From the NCBI GenBank assembly GCA_963674755.2, contig CAXXVS010000002.1, positions 608,001-672,000 on the forward strand: a stretch of DNA of 64,000 nt, given 5' to 3'. Below are positions 1 through 10,324 of this stretch, piece by piece (position 1 is the stretch's first letter; each line of letters starts with the position of its first letter). Below the pieces are notes generated by a model, which saw nothing but the letters and a program-made list of their open reading frames with translations, was not told the origin of the DNA and did not search any database. The position numbers were made by a program, and so were the translations under genes. Source of the stretch: Desulfobacterales bacterium (GTDB lineage: Bacteria; Desulfobacterota; Desulfobacteria; Desulfobacterales; UBA5852).

Positions 1-11
1 CGGAGATCGCT

Positions 12-1364
12 TCAGACGGTCCGCACGGCTTTGACATGATTGGCAAAGCTGCGATCCTGCCAGGCCACGAATCCCAATTCCAGACTGACGTACCAGGCGC
101 TCGTGTAACTGCGGCGGTCGCTGCTCCACAGCCGTTTCTGGTGGGTTGCAAAGTCCGGGGGGAGGCAAAAATCCGTATCGGAAAGGGGGGGGCGCAGAAG
201 GGTCAGCAACTCCGCCACGGTGGGCAGACGCCAGTCGTTGTGGCCGGCCCATCCCCGGGCGTTCAGTTTTTCGACGTAGGCCGCGGCCGCCGCCCAGTCC
301 AGGGGATAGGCGCTGCCCCCATGTTGCCATTGCAGGCCGCTGGCGGCATCCAGGACGCTCCGGCCCCCCTCGCGGTGACGGAAGCGGGCCGCATGATAAT
401 GTTGGGGTTGCCAGAGAGCGTTTAATCCTAAAAGCGCCCTGGCATCACCGGTGCCGGTGCGCATGGGCTGCGCACGCGGGGTCTGTTGATCCGCCGGTTC
501 CGGCCCCTGTCCGTCATCCGGGGGGGTAAACAGACGGCAGGTCGCCTCCCGGTCTTCTTGCCACTGCTGGTAGAGGGCCGTCAAAGCCTCGGCCATGGAT
601 GCCGCATCCGGATAGCGGTCAGACGGTTGCCGCGCGAGACTCCGGGCCAGAAAAGCGTCCCATTCCGGGGACAATTGCGGCTGGTGGCGACGGGCGGATT
701 GGAGGGGATGACGGGGCAGTCTTCCGGTGAGCATGCGGTAGACCATGACCCCCACGGCATACAGATCGGCGGTGCGGTCGACCATGTCCGGGCGGGCTTC
801 CTGTTCGGGCGCCGCGTAGTAGGGGGAGCCTACCTTAAGTGTCGGTGGTACGCGCAGGCCTTCGCCGCGTGTCTTGGAAAGTCCGAAATCGCACAGCTTG
901 ACCGTGTCCTTTTCGGTCAGCAGGACGTTAAAGGGTTTCATATCCCGGTGGATGATGCCGGCGGCATGCAGACGACGCAACCCCGCCAGCATCTGGCGCG
1001 TATAATGGACCACCTTCTCGATGCGCAGGGGACGGGAGGGAGCCTCGGTGCGGTAGGTCTCCCCGATCACCGCGCCCAGGTTGTTGCCATAGTAGTCCAT
1101 GACATAGAACGGACTTTCCTGGTGACGGCCGTAGTCGAACACCGCGATGACATTCGGATGGCGTATGGCGGCCAAAAGCCGGGCCTCTTCGGTAAACAGG
1201 CGTTCGAGGGCTTCACGGCCCATGAGGTCGACCAGAAGTTCCGCCGGGGCCAGCAGCTTCAGGGCCAGGATGCGTCGGATGACAGGGACCTCGACCTTCA
1301 GCACCTTGCCCATGCCGCCCCGCCCCAGAAGCCCGCAGATGCGATAGTGTCCGATGGTTTTCAT
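12..1364 (-). CDS. Hanks-type Ser/Thr protein kinase with C-terminal DUF1566/Lcl-like domain
   Basis: Kinase motifs GRGGMGKV, ALK, HRDMKPFN, DFG and APE; C-terminal GLQWQ...WRLPTVAEL...VKAVR is typical of DUF1566. Confidence 0.85.
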   Translation of the reverse strand: MKTIGHYRICGLLGRGGMGKVLKVEVPVIRRILALKLLAPAELLVDLMGREALERLFTEEARLLAAIRHPNVIAVFDYGRHQESPFYVMDYYGNNLGAVIGETYRTEAPSRPLRIEKVVHYTRQMLAGLRRLHAAGIIHRDMKPFNVLLTEKDTVKLCDFGLSKTRGEGLRVPPTLKVGSPYYAAPEQEARPDMVDRTADLYAVGVMVYRMLTGRLPRHPLQSARRHQPQLSPEWDAFLARSLARQPSDRYPDAASMAEALTALYQQWQEDREATCRLFTPPDDGQGPEPADQQTPRAQPMRTGTGDARALLGLNALWQPQHYHAARFRHREGGRSVLDAASGLQWQHGGSAYPLDWAAAAAYVEKLNARGWAGHNDWRLPTVAELLTLLRPPLSDTDFCLPPDFATHQKRLWSSDRRSYTSAWYVSLELGFVAWQDRSFANHVKAVRTV

Positions 1365-1378
1365 GGCGCTCGGCAGGG

Positions 1379-2107
1379 TTACAACAAACGGGTGGCGTGG
1401 GACTCCGGCAGCCCGGCGGCCAGTATTTTGGCCACGACCGCTTCGACATCGTAGGGCACATAGCGCAGTTCGACGGTCAGGGCTTCCGGGTCGAACACGA
1501 CGTATTTGGCATTGTTGTTGCCGTCCCGCGGCTGACCGACGCTGCCCACATTGACGATATAGCGGCCTTGGGGCTCCAACTGCCGGATGCCGCGGTAAAA
1601 CTCGCTGCGTTCAATGTGCCCGTCCAGGGATTCGATGATTTCCGGATAATGGGTGTGGCCGGTGAAGAAGATTTGCTCGGGAAGGGCGGCAAAGGTTTCC
1701 GCCAGCTCTTCGGCGGTGACCTGAAACTGATAGATCACAGGTGAATCGGGGGGGAAGCCGTGCACGAACCGGCAGGTGTCCTGGATACGGCAGTAGGGAA
1801 ACTGGTGAATCCGATCGATGGCCTTTTCCGACAGCATGGTCACGGTCTTGCGGAGCGACTCGCGGGCCACGGGATTGAACCAGTCCAGTTCCGAAGGGTC
1901 GATGACGGCCAGCTCATGATTGCCCAGCACGGACGGAATACCCCGCTCCGTCAAACAATCGATGACGGCTTCCGGTTCGGGGCCATAGCCGATATTGTCG
2001 CCCAGGCTGAAAATAGCGGTGATGCCCAGCGATTCGATGTCCCGCAATACTTCATCGAAGGCATCGCGATTGCTGTGGATATCGGAGAGTACGGCAATTT
2101 TTGTCAT
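1379..2107 (-). CDS. Calcineurin-like metallophosphoesterase
   Basis: Motifs DIHSN, GDNIGYG, GNHE, GHTH and NVGSVGQPRDG. Confidence 0.85.
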   Translation of the reverse strand: MTKIAVLSDIHSNRDAFDEVLRDIESLGITAIFSLGDNIGYGPEPEAVIDCLTERGIPSVLGNHELAVIDPSELDWFNPVARESLRKTVTMLSEKAIDRIHQFPYCRIQDTCRFVHGFPPDSPVIYQFQVTAEELAETFAALPEQIFFTGHTHYPEIIESLDGHIERSEFYRGIRQLEPQGRYIVNVGSVGQPRDGNNNAKYVVFDPEALTVELRYVPYDVEAVVAKILAAGLPESHATRLL

Positions 2108-2132
2108 GCCTGTGCCTTCCCGGTCAGTCTGT

Positions 2133-2909
2133 TCAACGAAGGATTCCCAAATACCAGTGGATCAGTTCCGTACCGAAAAAAATATAGGCGATCGCTCCGG
2201 CGGCCAGAAAGGGGCCGAAAGGCAGGCGGCTTTTCATGGAGCGGCCGGTCGGCAGGGCCAGGGCCAGGCCGATCAGGGAGCCGGAAAGGGATGAAAAAAA
2301 GATCGTGAACAAGACCCCCTGCCAGCCGATTAAAGCACCGATCATCGCCAGGAGCTTGATATCACCGCCCCCCATACCATCGCGACCGGTCAGCAGTTGA
2401 TAGCCCAGGGCCACGGCATACAGGGTGCCGCCGCCCAGGAGGATGCCGATCAGGGCATCAACCCAGGAAATAAAGGGTACCAGGAAGCCCAGGAGAAAAA
2501 ACAAGGGGATGCCCGTCAGGGAGAGGCGGTCGGGAATGATCTGGTGGTCGATATCGATGAAGGTGATGACCAACAGGACGGCCACAAAGAGAAAATAGAC
2601 GGGCGTGGCCATTGTGAGACCGTATTTCAAGAAGATGGCCAGGGCCGCGATGCCGGTGATCAGTTCCACCAGGGGATAGCGCAACGGGATATGGACGCCG
2701 CAGCGGCGGCAGCGGCCCCGCAGCACGAGATAACTGATCATCGGAATATTGTCGTAAAAGCGGATGGCATAGCCGCAACGGGGGCAGGCCGAGGGCGGGT
2801 ATACAATGGATTTGCCTTCCGGGATGCGGTAGATGCAGACGTTGAGGAAGCTGCCGATGCAGGCGCCGAAGCCCAAAGCGGCTATCTCGAGCAATCGGAA
2901 CAACGGCAT
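2133..2909 (-). CDS. pilD: Prepilin peptidase/N-methyltransferase (A24); start may be 2918
   Basis: GSFLNVCIYRIP, CPRC/CRRC zinc pairs, DIDHQIIPD, GMGGGDIKL and LPFGPFL. Confidence 0.92.
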   Translation of the reverse strand: MPLFRLLEIAALGFGACIGSFLNVCIYRIPEGKSIVYPPSACPRCGYAIRFYDNIPMISYLVLRGRCRRCGVHIPLRYPLVELITGIAALAIFLKYGLTMATPVYFLFVAVLLVITFIDIDHQIIPDRLSLTGIPLFFLLGFLVPFISWVDALIGILLGGGTLYAVALGYQLLTGRDGMGGGDIKLLAMIGALIGWQGVLFTIFFSSLSGSLIGLALALPTGRSMKSRLPFGPFLAAGAIAYIFFGTELIHWYLGILR

Positions 2910-3212
2910 GGCTTGCATTCCTTGCAGCTTGCGGGGGTTCCCGGCGATGGTTAGGATTACACTACAAGCCGCGTGTACAGGGACGGTCGGACGATCGTCG
3001 CGGGACCATCGGTGACGGCGGCCTGGTGGCTGACATTTTGACTTTATATTTAGGCGTGCGCCGCCAAAAAAGCAAGGCGGATGTGTTGTTTTTACCCGTT
3101 ATCGTCTTATATTTATATGTTTTAGCGCCTGGGACAAAGATCGCTGTAAGGGGCCCGGCGATCCCCGCGCTAACGGCGGCTTGAAGAACGACCCCGGATC
3201 CAAGGAGATACA

Positions 3213-5663
3213 ATGGCTGAAACCGATAAGGACGATCTGGTCACCATCATCGACGAAGAAGAACGGCAGGATGTTGTACCGGAAGCCCTGCCGCTGATGC
3301 CGGTGCGCGATGTGGTGATTTTCACCGATATGCTGCTGCCGTTGTTCGTCGGGCGCAAGAAGTCGATCCGTGCCGTGGAGGAAGCCTTGGCGAAAGACGG
3401 CTACATCCTGCTGGCGACCCAGAAGGATCCCAATGTGGAGAACCCCGGATCGGACGATATCTATTCCATCGGGACCATCGGTCGCATCCTGCGTATGCTC
3501 AAACTGCCGGACGGGCGCGCCAAGGCCCTTGTCCAGGGCGTTGCCAAGGCCCGTATCAAACGCTATCTGCGCACCCGCAGCTTCTACCGGGTCAAGATTG
3601 AAACCCTCGTGGAACCCGAGCTTACGGAAATGAGCATCGAGGTGGAAGCCCTCATGCGCAATGTCCGGGAATATTCGGAAAAAATCCTGGCCCTGCGCGG
3701 CGAATTGACCAACGATGTCAGTGCGATTCTCGACAGCATCGACAATCCCGGCAAGCTGGCGGATCTGGTGGCCTCCAACCTCAAGCTGAAGATCGAAGAA
3801 GCCCAGGAGGTTTTGGAGAACGTCGATCCGGTTAAACGGCTTGAGAAAGTCAATACCCTCCTGTCGCGGGAGATGAGCCTTTCCACGATCCAGGCCAAAA
3901 TCCAATCCGAGGTCAAGGACGAGATTTCCAAAAACCAACGGGATTATTTCCTGCGGGAGCAGATGCGGGCCATCAACCGGGAACTGGGCGAAGGGGACGA
4001 CCGGGCCCAGGAGATCGAAGACTATCAGGGCAAAATCCGCAAATCGGGCATGTCCAAGGAAGCCCGCGAAGAAGCCCACAAGCAGCTCCGCCGGCTGGAG
4101 CAGATGCATTCCGATTCCGCCGAGGCGGCCATCGTTCGCACCTATCTGGACTGGATGGTGGAAGTTCCCTGGCGCAAGGCCACCAAAGACATGCTGGACC
4201 TGGCGTATGCCCGCAAGGTGCTGGACCGGGAGCATTACGGTTTGAGTAAGATCAAAGACCGCATCCTGGAATACCTCAGCGTGCGTAAACTCAACCCCAA
4301 GATGAAGGGCCCCATCCTGTGTCTGGTGGGGCCTCCGGGAGTCGGCAAAACCTCGCTGGGGCAGGCCATTGCCAAAGCCATGAAACGCAAATTCACCCGC
4401 ATGTCTCTGGGGGGCATCCATGACGAGGCTGAAATCCGGGGACATCGCCGCACCTATATCGGTGCGCTGCCCGGGCGCATCATCCAGGGGCTCAAGCAAT
4501 GCGGGGTCAACAACCCGGTCTTCATGATGGACGAAATCGACAAGCTGGGGTCTGATTTTCGGGGCGATCCGTCCTCGGCGCTGCTGGAAGCGTTGGACCC
4601 GGAGCAGAATGGGGCCTTCAGCGACCATTACCTGAACCTGCCCTTCGACCTTTCCAATGTCATGTTCATCCTCACGGCCAACCTGACCGATACCATTCCT
4701 TCGCCTTTGCTCGACCGTATGGAAGTGATTAATCTGCCGGGTTATACCGAAGAGGAAAAGCATAAAATCGCCGATGGGTATCTAATTCCGCGCCAGATCA
4801 AGAACAACGGCCTGACGGCCCGCAATATCCGCTTCAGCACCGGTGCGGTGGATCTGATGATCACCGAATACACCCTGGAGGCCGGGCTGCGCAATCTGGA
4901 GCGCGAGCTGGGCACCATCTGCCGCAAGGTTGCCCGCAAGATCGCCGAAGGACGCAAGGGGCCGTATTTCATTACCCAGAAAAACCTCATTCGTTATCTG
5001 GGGCCGCCCAGCTTTCAACCGGAGCTTGACAAGGACGAAAGCCAGGTGGGGCTGGTGACCGGCCTGGCCTGGACCCAGACCGGCGGGGAGGTATTGTACG
5101 TGGAAACCTCCATGATGCCCGGCAAGGGCGAACTCATCATGACCGGCCAGTTGGGCGAGGTCATGCAGGAATCCGGACGGGCGGCCATGAGCTATGCCCG
5201 GGCCAACGTGGAGCGGTTGGGGGTGAAGCGGACCATCTTCGAGAATTATGATTTCCACATCCACGTACCGGCCGGCGCCATCCCCAAGGACGGGCCCTCG
5301 GCCGGTATCGCCATGGCCACCGGTCTGATTTCGGTTTTATTGGGCCGTCCGGTGAACAAGGACGTGGCCATGACCGGCGAGATTTCCCTGCGGGGCCGGG
5401 TGCTGCCCATTGGCGGGTTGAAGGAGAAGGCCATGGGCGCCTTGCGGGGCAAGGTTTTTACCGTGATTATCCCCGAAAAAAATCGCAAAGATCTCATGGA
5501 CATTCCACCTAACGTCAAACGCAAACTCAAATTCATGACAGTTCAGCACGTGGACGAAGTCCTCAATATTGCCCTGGAACCGGCCCCCAAACCCCAGCGC
5601 AAACGGTCGACACCCCCTAAGAAAACCGCCAGAGGTAAGGCCAGCGGCGGTAAGCGCCGTTAG
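3213..5663 (+). CDS. lon: ATP-dependent protease La (Lon)
   Basis: LON N-domain, Walker A GPPGVGKTS, RGHRRTYIGALPG, catalytic PKDGPSAG; GGAG RBS. Confidence 0.97.
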   Translation: MAETDKDDLVTIIDEEERQDVVPEALPLMPVRDVVIFTDMLLPLFVGRKKSIRAVEEALAKDGYILLATQKDPNVENPGSDDIYSIGTIGRILRMLKLPDGRAKALVQGVAKARIKRYLRTRSFYRVKIETLVEPELTEMSIEVEALMRNVREYSEKILALRGELTNDVSAILDSIDNPGKLADLVASNLKLKIEEAQEVLENVDPVKRLEKVNTLLSREMSLSTIQAKIQSEVKDEISKNQRDYFLREQMRAINRELGEGDDRAQEIEDYQGKIRKSGMSKEAREEAHKQLRRLEQMHSDSAEAAIVRTYLDWMVEVPWRKATKDMLDLAYARKVLDREHYGLSKIKDRILEYLSVRKLNPKMKGPILCLVGPPGVGKTSLGQAIAKAMKRKFTRMSLGGIHDEAEIRGHRRTYIGALPGRIIQGLKQCGVNNPVFMMDEIDKLGSDFRGDPSSALLEALDPEQNGAFSDHYLNLPFDLSNVMFILTANLTDTIPSPLLDRMEVINLPGYTEEEKHKIADGYLIPRQIKNNGLTARNIRFSTGAVDLMITEYTLEAGLRNLERELGTICRKVARKIAEGRKGPYFITQKNLIRYLGPPSFQPELDKDESQVGLVTGLAWTQTGGEVLYVETSMMPGKGELIMTGQLGEVMQESGRAAMSYARANVERLGVKRTIFENYDFHIHVPAGAIPKDGPSAGIAMATGLISVLLGRPVNKDVAMTGEISLRGRVLPIGGLKEKAMGALRGKVFTVIIPEKNRKDLMDIPPNVKRKLKFMTVQHVDEVLNIALEPAPKPQRKRSTPPKKTARGKASGGKRR

Positions 5664-5671
5664 GCGACGGT

Positions 5672-6361
5672 ATGCTCACCCTCGCGATCGATACCGCCAG
5701 CCGCAGTTGCAGTGTGGCTGTTGCCGACGGCGATACGCTCCTGGCCGAGATCAACGATGCCAGCGGAGAAACCCATTCCCGGCATTTGATGGCCATGGTG
5801 GATCAGGCCGTGGCCATGTCCGTAAAGCATATTAGGGCCATTGAGGGGTATGCCGTTACGCGGGGACCGGGCAGTTTTACCGGACTGCGGATCGGGATCG
5901 GCGCGGCCAAGGGGCTGGCGGAAGCCGCCGGTCGCCCCCTGGTGGGGGTTTCCAGCCTGGAAGCGCTGGCCTGGCAGGCGGCCCGGACCGACGCCATCAT
6001 CCTTCCGATGCTGGATGCGCGCCGCAAGGAGGTTTACGCGGCCCGTTATATCCACCGGGATGGTGCTTTGAAGCCGCTTGGTGCGGAAAGGGCCTTGCCT
6101 CCGGAAGATGCGGTGGCAGGCCTGGCAGAGCCCTGTCTTCTCGTGGGCGACGGAGCATTGGCCTACGAGGTGCGCCTGCGCGCGGCCCTGGGGGCGCATA
6201 TGCAACTGGCCCTGCCCTCCCAGCACGTCATCCGGGCCTCCACGGTCGCTTTTCTGGCCCGCGAGGGGCTGACCGGCGCTCTGGATGAGCGCATGACATT
6301 GACACCCCACTATCTCCGCCCGTCATATGCCGATCAGCAACGCCATCCGATCAGCGGATAA
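5672..6361 (+). CDS. tsaB: tRNA threonylcarbamoyladenosine biosynthesis protein TsaB
   Basis: LAIDTA, GPGSFTGLRIG and DARRKEVY. Confidence 0.93.
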   Translation: MLTLAIDTASRSCSVAVADGDTLLAEINDASGETHSRHLMAMVDQAVAMSVKHIRAIEGYAVTRGPGSFTGLRIGIGAAKGLAEAAGRPLVGVSSLEALAWQAARTDAIILPMLDARRKEVYAARYIHRDGALKPLGAERALPPEDAVAGLAEPCLLVGDGALAYEVRLRAALGAHMQLALPSQHVIRASTVAFLAREGLTGALDERMTLTPHYLRPSYADQQRHPISG

Positions 6362-6498
6362 CCGTTAGCGATCCCGGCCTTGCGGAAAAACGGTCTGGTT
6401 TGGCGGTTGACAAGTATTTAGGGGATTGATAAAAATAAAACTTTTCAAATTACGGGTACGCGGGGAGTGCCCCTCTTCGAGGAGTCAGGAATCTTATC

Positions 6499-7170
6499 AT
6501 GAGCCGTTATGTTTGGGCCGATCCGCCCAGCCAGACCGCTTTTCCCATCGCCCGCCCGGGTCTGCCCTTTATCGGCGCCGCCAGCTTCGTGACGGCTGTT
6601 TTTGCGTTGTTGGGCCTGCAGTGGCCGGCGCTCATCGGTCTGGTGGCCACCCTGTGTATCTGCGCCTTTTTCCGGGATCCCGACCGCGTCATTCCCACGG
6701 ACGATGGTGCGGTGGTGTCACCCGCGGACGGCAAGGTGGTCGTGTGTGAAAAAGTGGGCCAGTCCGATTTCTACGAGGGCGAATGCCTCAAGATCAGTAT
6801 TTTCATGACGGTCTTCAATGTACATGTGAACCGCATCGTATATGACGGTACGATAACCGATGTGAACTATTATCCCGGCAAATTTTTTTCCGCCAATCTG
6901 GACAAAGCCTCCCGCGAAAACGAGCACAATGCGCTGACCCTGGAAGGCCCCGGAGGGCATCGTATGGTGGTCGTGCAGATTGCCGGGCTCATTGCGCGCC
7001 GTATTGTCTGCGGGGTTCAGGCGGGCACCGACCTCGTCCGGGGTGAACGTTTTGGCATGATTTGTTTCGGTTCACGCCTGGATGTCTATTTGCCCCCGGA
7101 AACCCAGGCGAAGGTGGGCGTCGGTGATAAAGTGGCCGCAGGCACCTCCATCCTTGGTTATCTGAAATAA
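6499..7170 (+). CDS. psd: Phosphatidylserine decarboxylase proenzyme (type-3 family)
   Basis: FFRDPDR, SPADGKV, NVHVNR and FGS self-cleavage motif. Confidence 0.92.
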   Translation: MSRYVWADPPSQTAFPIARPGLPFIGAASFVTAVFALLGLQWPALIGLVATLCICAFFRDPDRVIPTDDGAVVSPADGKVVVCEKVGQSDFYEGECLKISIFMTVFNVHVNRIVYDGTITDVNYYPGKFFSANLDKASRENEHNALTLEGPGGHRMVVVQIAGLIARRIVCGVQAGTDLVRGERFGMICFGSRLDVYLPPETQAKVGVGDKVAAGTSILGYLK

Positions 7171-7317
7171 CAATACCGCAAAGTGCGAAGCACGGATGGC
7201 GGCGGAGACACACGACGATCTCCGTGGCAGCATGATACGCATGACGATTAGCCGGTCCCATGACAGCCGACCGGCTAAACTTATTTGGCTATAAAGTTTG
7301 GGCATAAAGGAGTCAGA

Positions 7318-7785
7318 TTGGAACGGATACCGATTACCCGTAACGGGTATGAAACGCTCAAGGCGGAGCTGGAGCGCATCAAGAAGATCGATCGGCCCCA
7401 GAACATCCTCGCCATCGAGGAGGCCCGCGCCCATGGCGATCTCTCCGAGAATGCCGAATACGATGCCGCCAAGGATCGCCAGCAGTTCATCAACGCGCGC
7501 ATCGGTGAGCTGGAATTCAAACTCGCCAATGCCGACATCATCGATCCGAGCAACCTTCCCCGGGACCGTGTGGTGTTCGGCTCCCGGGTCTTGCTGGAAA
7601 ATATCGAGACCGGCGAAGGGGTTGAATACCAACTGGTGGGGCCTGACGAATCCGATATCCAGGAGGGCCGCATCTCGGTCTCCTCACCGTTGGGCAAGGC
7701 CATTATCGGCAAACGCCCGGACGACGAAATTACCGTGCAGGCACCCGGCGGCAAGCGGGTCTACGAGTTGGTGGAAATCCTTTGA
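7318..7785 (+). CDS. greA: Transcription elongation factor GreA
   Basis: HGDLSENAEY and ISVSSPLGKA; AAGGAG RBS before TTG at 7318. Confidence 0.95.
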   Translation: MERIPITRNGYETLKAELERIKKIDRPQNILAIEEARAHGDLSENAEYDAAKDRQQFINARIGELEFKLANADIIDPSNLPRDRVVFGSRVLLENIETGEGVEYQLVGPDESDIQEGRISVSSPLGKAIIGKRPDDEITVQAPGGKRVYELVEIL

Positions 7786-7834
7786 TGGGCGTTAAAACGT
7801 TGCACAAACATGCTTTATTGCAGGAGGTGGATAC

Positions 7835-8038
7835 GTGGCAAGAATAACGGTCGAAGATTGTCTGCGGCGGGTTCCCAACCGCTTTATGCTGGTCAACCTG
7901 GTGGCCCAACGCGTGCGTCAGATTCGCGAAGGTTCGGAATATCTGGTAAGTTCGCCTAAAAATGAAGACATCGTTATTTCCCTGCGGGAAGTGGCGGCCG
8001 GCCGCGTGGCGTTTGTGCGGAACTCGGAAGAAGAGTGA
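7835..8038 (+). CDS. rpoZ: RNA polymerase omega subunit
   Basis: MARITVEDCL...NRFMLV...SLREVAAG; GGAGG RBS. Confidence 0.95.
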   Translation: MARITVEDCLRRVPNRFMLVNLVAQRVRQIREGSEYLVSSPKNEDIVISLREVAAGRVAFVRNSEEE

Positions 8039-8159
8039 GTCCTGGCATGGCGGGTGTCTATGGCGAAAGGCTCACCGCCCGGGTTCGTGACGGATGGCCC
8101 CCGATCCCGGCGCCTGGCCAGCGGGGGTGACATCGCCTGACAACGCCGTTTCAACGATT

Positions 8160-8894
8160 ATGGCCACGAAGCGCAGGGGATCATATCGGGCTTTAAACCG
8201 CGAGGTCGGCCGGGCCCTTGTGAAATACCGCATGATGGATGACGGCGACCGCATCCTGGTAGGCGTTTCCGGCGGCAAGGACAGCATCGCCCTGCTGTGG
8301 ACTCTGGCCGAGCGGCAGCAGCGCTCGCCCATTGCCTACAGGCTGTTTCCCGTCCACATCGATCCGGGCTTCCCGGGCGGTTTTGGCGACGCGCTTCAGG
8401 CCCAGTGCCGTGACATGGGGCTGACGTTGCGGGTGGAAAACACGGATTACGGTTCGGTCGCCCACAGCACGGAAAACCGCGAAAACCCCTGTTTCCTCTG
8501 TTCCCGCCTGCGGCGCAAACGCCTTTTCGAAATCGCCCACGAACTGGGTTGCCGGAAAGTGGCCCTGGCCCACACCAAAGACGATATCATCGAGACCTTT
8601 TTCATGAACATCTGCTACGCCGGGGAGGTCAGCACCATGTTGCCGGCCCAGCCCTTTTTCAAGGGCCTGATAACCGTCATCCGGCCCCTGGCATTTGCGG
8701 AAGAAGGTCTGATCCGGCGTTTCGTTCGCCAGAACGGCTTGCGCACCTTCCAGAATCCCTGTCCCAGCGCCAACCGCAGCAAGCGTGCCGAAATCAAATG
8801 GTTGCTGGAAAAGCTCTACCACAGCAACCCCAAAATCAAGGGCAACGTTTTCCGGGCCATGCACCACGTCAAATTGGACTATCTGTTGAAATGA
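8160..8894 (+). CDS. ttcA: tRNA 2-thiocytidine biosynthesis protein TtcA family (start uncertain; ORF is open from 8094)
   Basis: PP-loop SGGKDS, CFLCSRLRR, HTKDD and IRPL. Confidence 0.85.
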   Translation: MATKRRGSYRALNREVGRALVKYRMMDDGDRILVGVSGGKDSIALLWTLAERQQRSPIAYRLFPVHIDPGFPGGFGDALQAQCRDMGLTLRVENTDYGSVAHSTENRENPCFLCSRLRRKRLFEIAHELGCRKVALAHTKDDIIETFFMNICYAGEVSTMLPAQPFFKGLITVIRPLAFAEEGLIRRFVRQNGLRTFQNPCPSANRSKRAEIKWLLEKLYHSNPKIKGNVFRAMHHVKLDYLLK

Positions 8895-9270
8895 GTTCCG
8901 GCCGTTGGGATGGATCGCCTGCCGGGCACGCCTCTTTTGTACAAATGGCTTGAATCGGCCGCCTGAATCGGGTATGAGCAGGTCTGCCGGCCTCACGGGG
9001 GACCGCATCGGGCGAAAAAACCGATGGCGGCTCGCCGTGAGGAACCGTCAGCCTCAATTCCGAACGTATCGCAAAATTAAGATCAGGGTTCCTGACAAGG
9101 CGTGAGACGGTGAAAAAGCGGAGCATACACGAAGTATGTGAGCATTTTGAACCGGCACACTATGCCCCTTATCCCTAAGAATCAGATGCGGTATCCAGTA
9201 TTGCTGGAAACGCCGTCAGGGGGACTTAGATTATTTTTGCGATACGTTCGAGCGACCCTTTGGGAGGCGC

Positions 9271-10071
9271 ATGCGAGACGTCCAGAACGAACCCGACTAC
9301 CGGAACATCCCGATCGACAAGGTCGGCATCAAGAATTTGCGCTATCCCATCAAAGTGCTGGACCGCAACAACGGCTACCAGCATACGGTGGCGACCATCA
9401 ACATGTATGTGGACCTGCCCCACCGCAACAAGGGTACCCACATGAGCCGGTTTGTGGAAATCCTCAATCAATACCGCCTGGAACTCTCCCTGAAGAAGAT
9501 TTCCGACATCCTGGCGGAGATGAAGACGCTCCTCAATGCCGCCTCGGCCCACATCGAGATCACGTTTCCCTATTTCATCGAAAAAACCGCCCCGGTGAGC
9601 CTGGCCACCGGACTGATGGACTATACCTGCACCATCCGGGGCTCCAGCGGGCCGGACGGCAAGATCGACCTGGTGTCGGAAGTGGCCGTACCGATTTCAT
9701 CGGTCTGTCCCTGTTCCAAGGAGATCAGTAAATGGGGGGCCCACAATCAGCGGGGAGAAGTCTCTCTCAAGGTTCGCTTCAAAAAGTTTATCTGGATCGA
9801 GGACATGATCGGGATAGTCGAATCCGCAGCCTCCTCGGAAGTTTACAGCGTTCTGAAGCGGGTGGATGAGAAATCGGTCACCGAGGCCGCCTACCTGAAC
9901 CCCAAATTTGTGGAAGACATTGTCCGGGATATTGCCGCCGCCTTGCGTCAGGACGACAACATCACCTGGTTTTCCGTGGGGGCGGAGAACTTCGAATCCA
10001 TCCACAACCACAGCGCCTACGCCCACATTACCAGCCATCAAATGGCCGAGGAAACCCTCGGCAGCAGCTGA
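9271..10071 (+). CDS. folE2: GTP cyclohydrolase IB
   Basis: KGTHMSRF, CPCSKEIS, GAHNQR and ESIHNH. Confidence 0.95.
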   Translation: MRDVQNEPDYRNIPIDKVGIKNLRYPIKVLDRNNGYQHTVATINMYVDLPHRNKGTHMSRFVEILNQYRLELSLKKISDILAEMKTLLNAASAHIEITFPYFIEKTAPVSLATGLMDYTCTIRGSSGPDGKIDLVSEVAVPISSVCPCSKEISKWGAHNQRGEVSLKVRFKKFIWIEDMIGIVESAASSEVYSVLKRVDEKSVTEAAYLNPKFVEDIVRDIAAALRQDDNITWFSVGAENFESIHNHSAYAHITSHQMAEETLGSS

Positions 10072-10152
10072 AAGGCATCGCCGCCGGCTTGCGTGCGCTG
10101 CCCGGACAACCCTCCAAGGCATGGTCTGGATCAAGAGGAACGTTTTGGCATC

Positions 10153-10323
10153 TAGTGCCTTTCCAGAAATGGTGGGGTCTGGTTCCGGTCAAGGCCGCAG
10201 GGAATTGGAAACCGACGGCGTAGCCCGATGAGCGATAGCCTTGCGTAGTGGGCTACGGCAAGGATTTCCACTGACCGAGAACGCTGTCCGGGGCCAAAAG
10301 ATGCCATTGATGGATGGGCATTA
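10153..10323. repeat. MITE/REP-like dispersed repeat, copy A
   Basis: Imperfect terminal IRs TAGTGCCTTTCCAGAAATGG / CCATTGATGGATGGGCATTA; internal GTAGCCC...GGGCTAC stem; similar to the copies at 15469, 25800, 29086, 42855 and 55430. Confidence 0.7.
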
Positions 10324-10324
10324 T

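Noticed and set aside
3099..4763. 554-aa minus-strand ORF
   Set aside because: Antisense shadow of lon, as expected from GC-rich codon bias; no recognisable motifs
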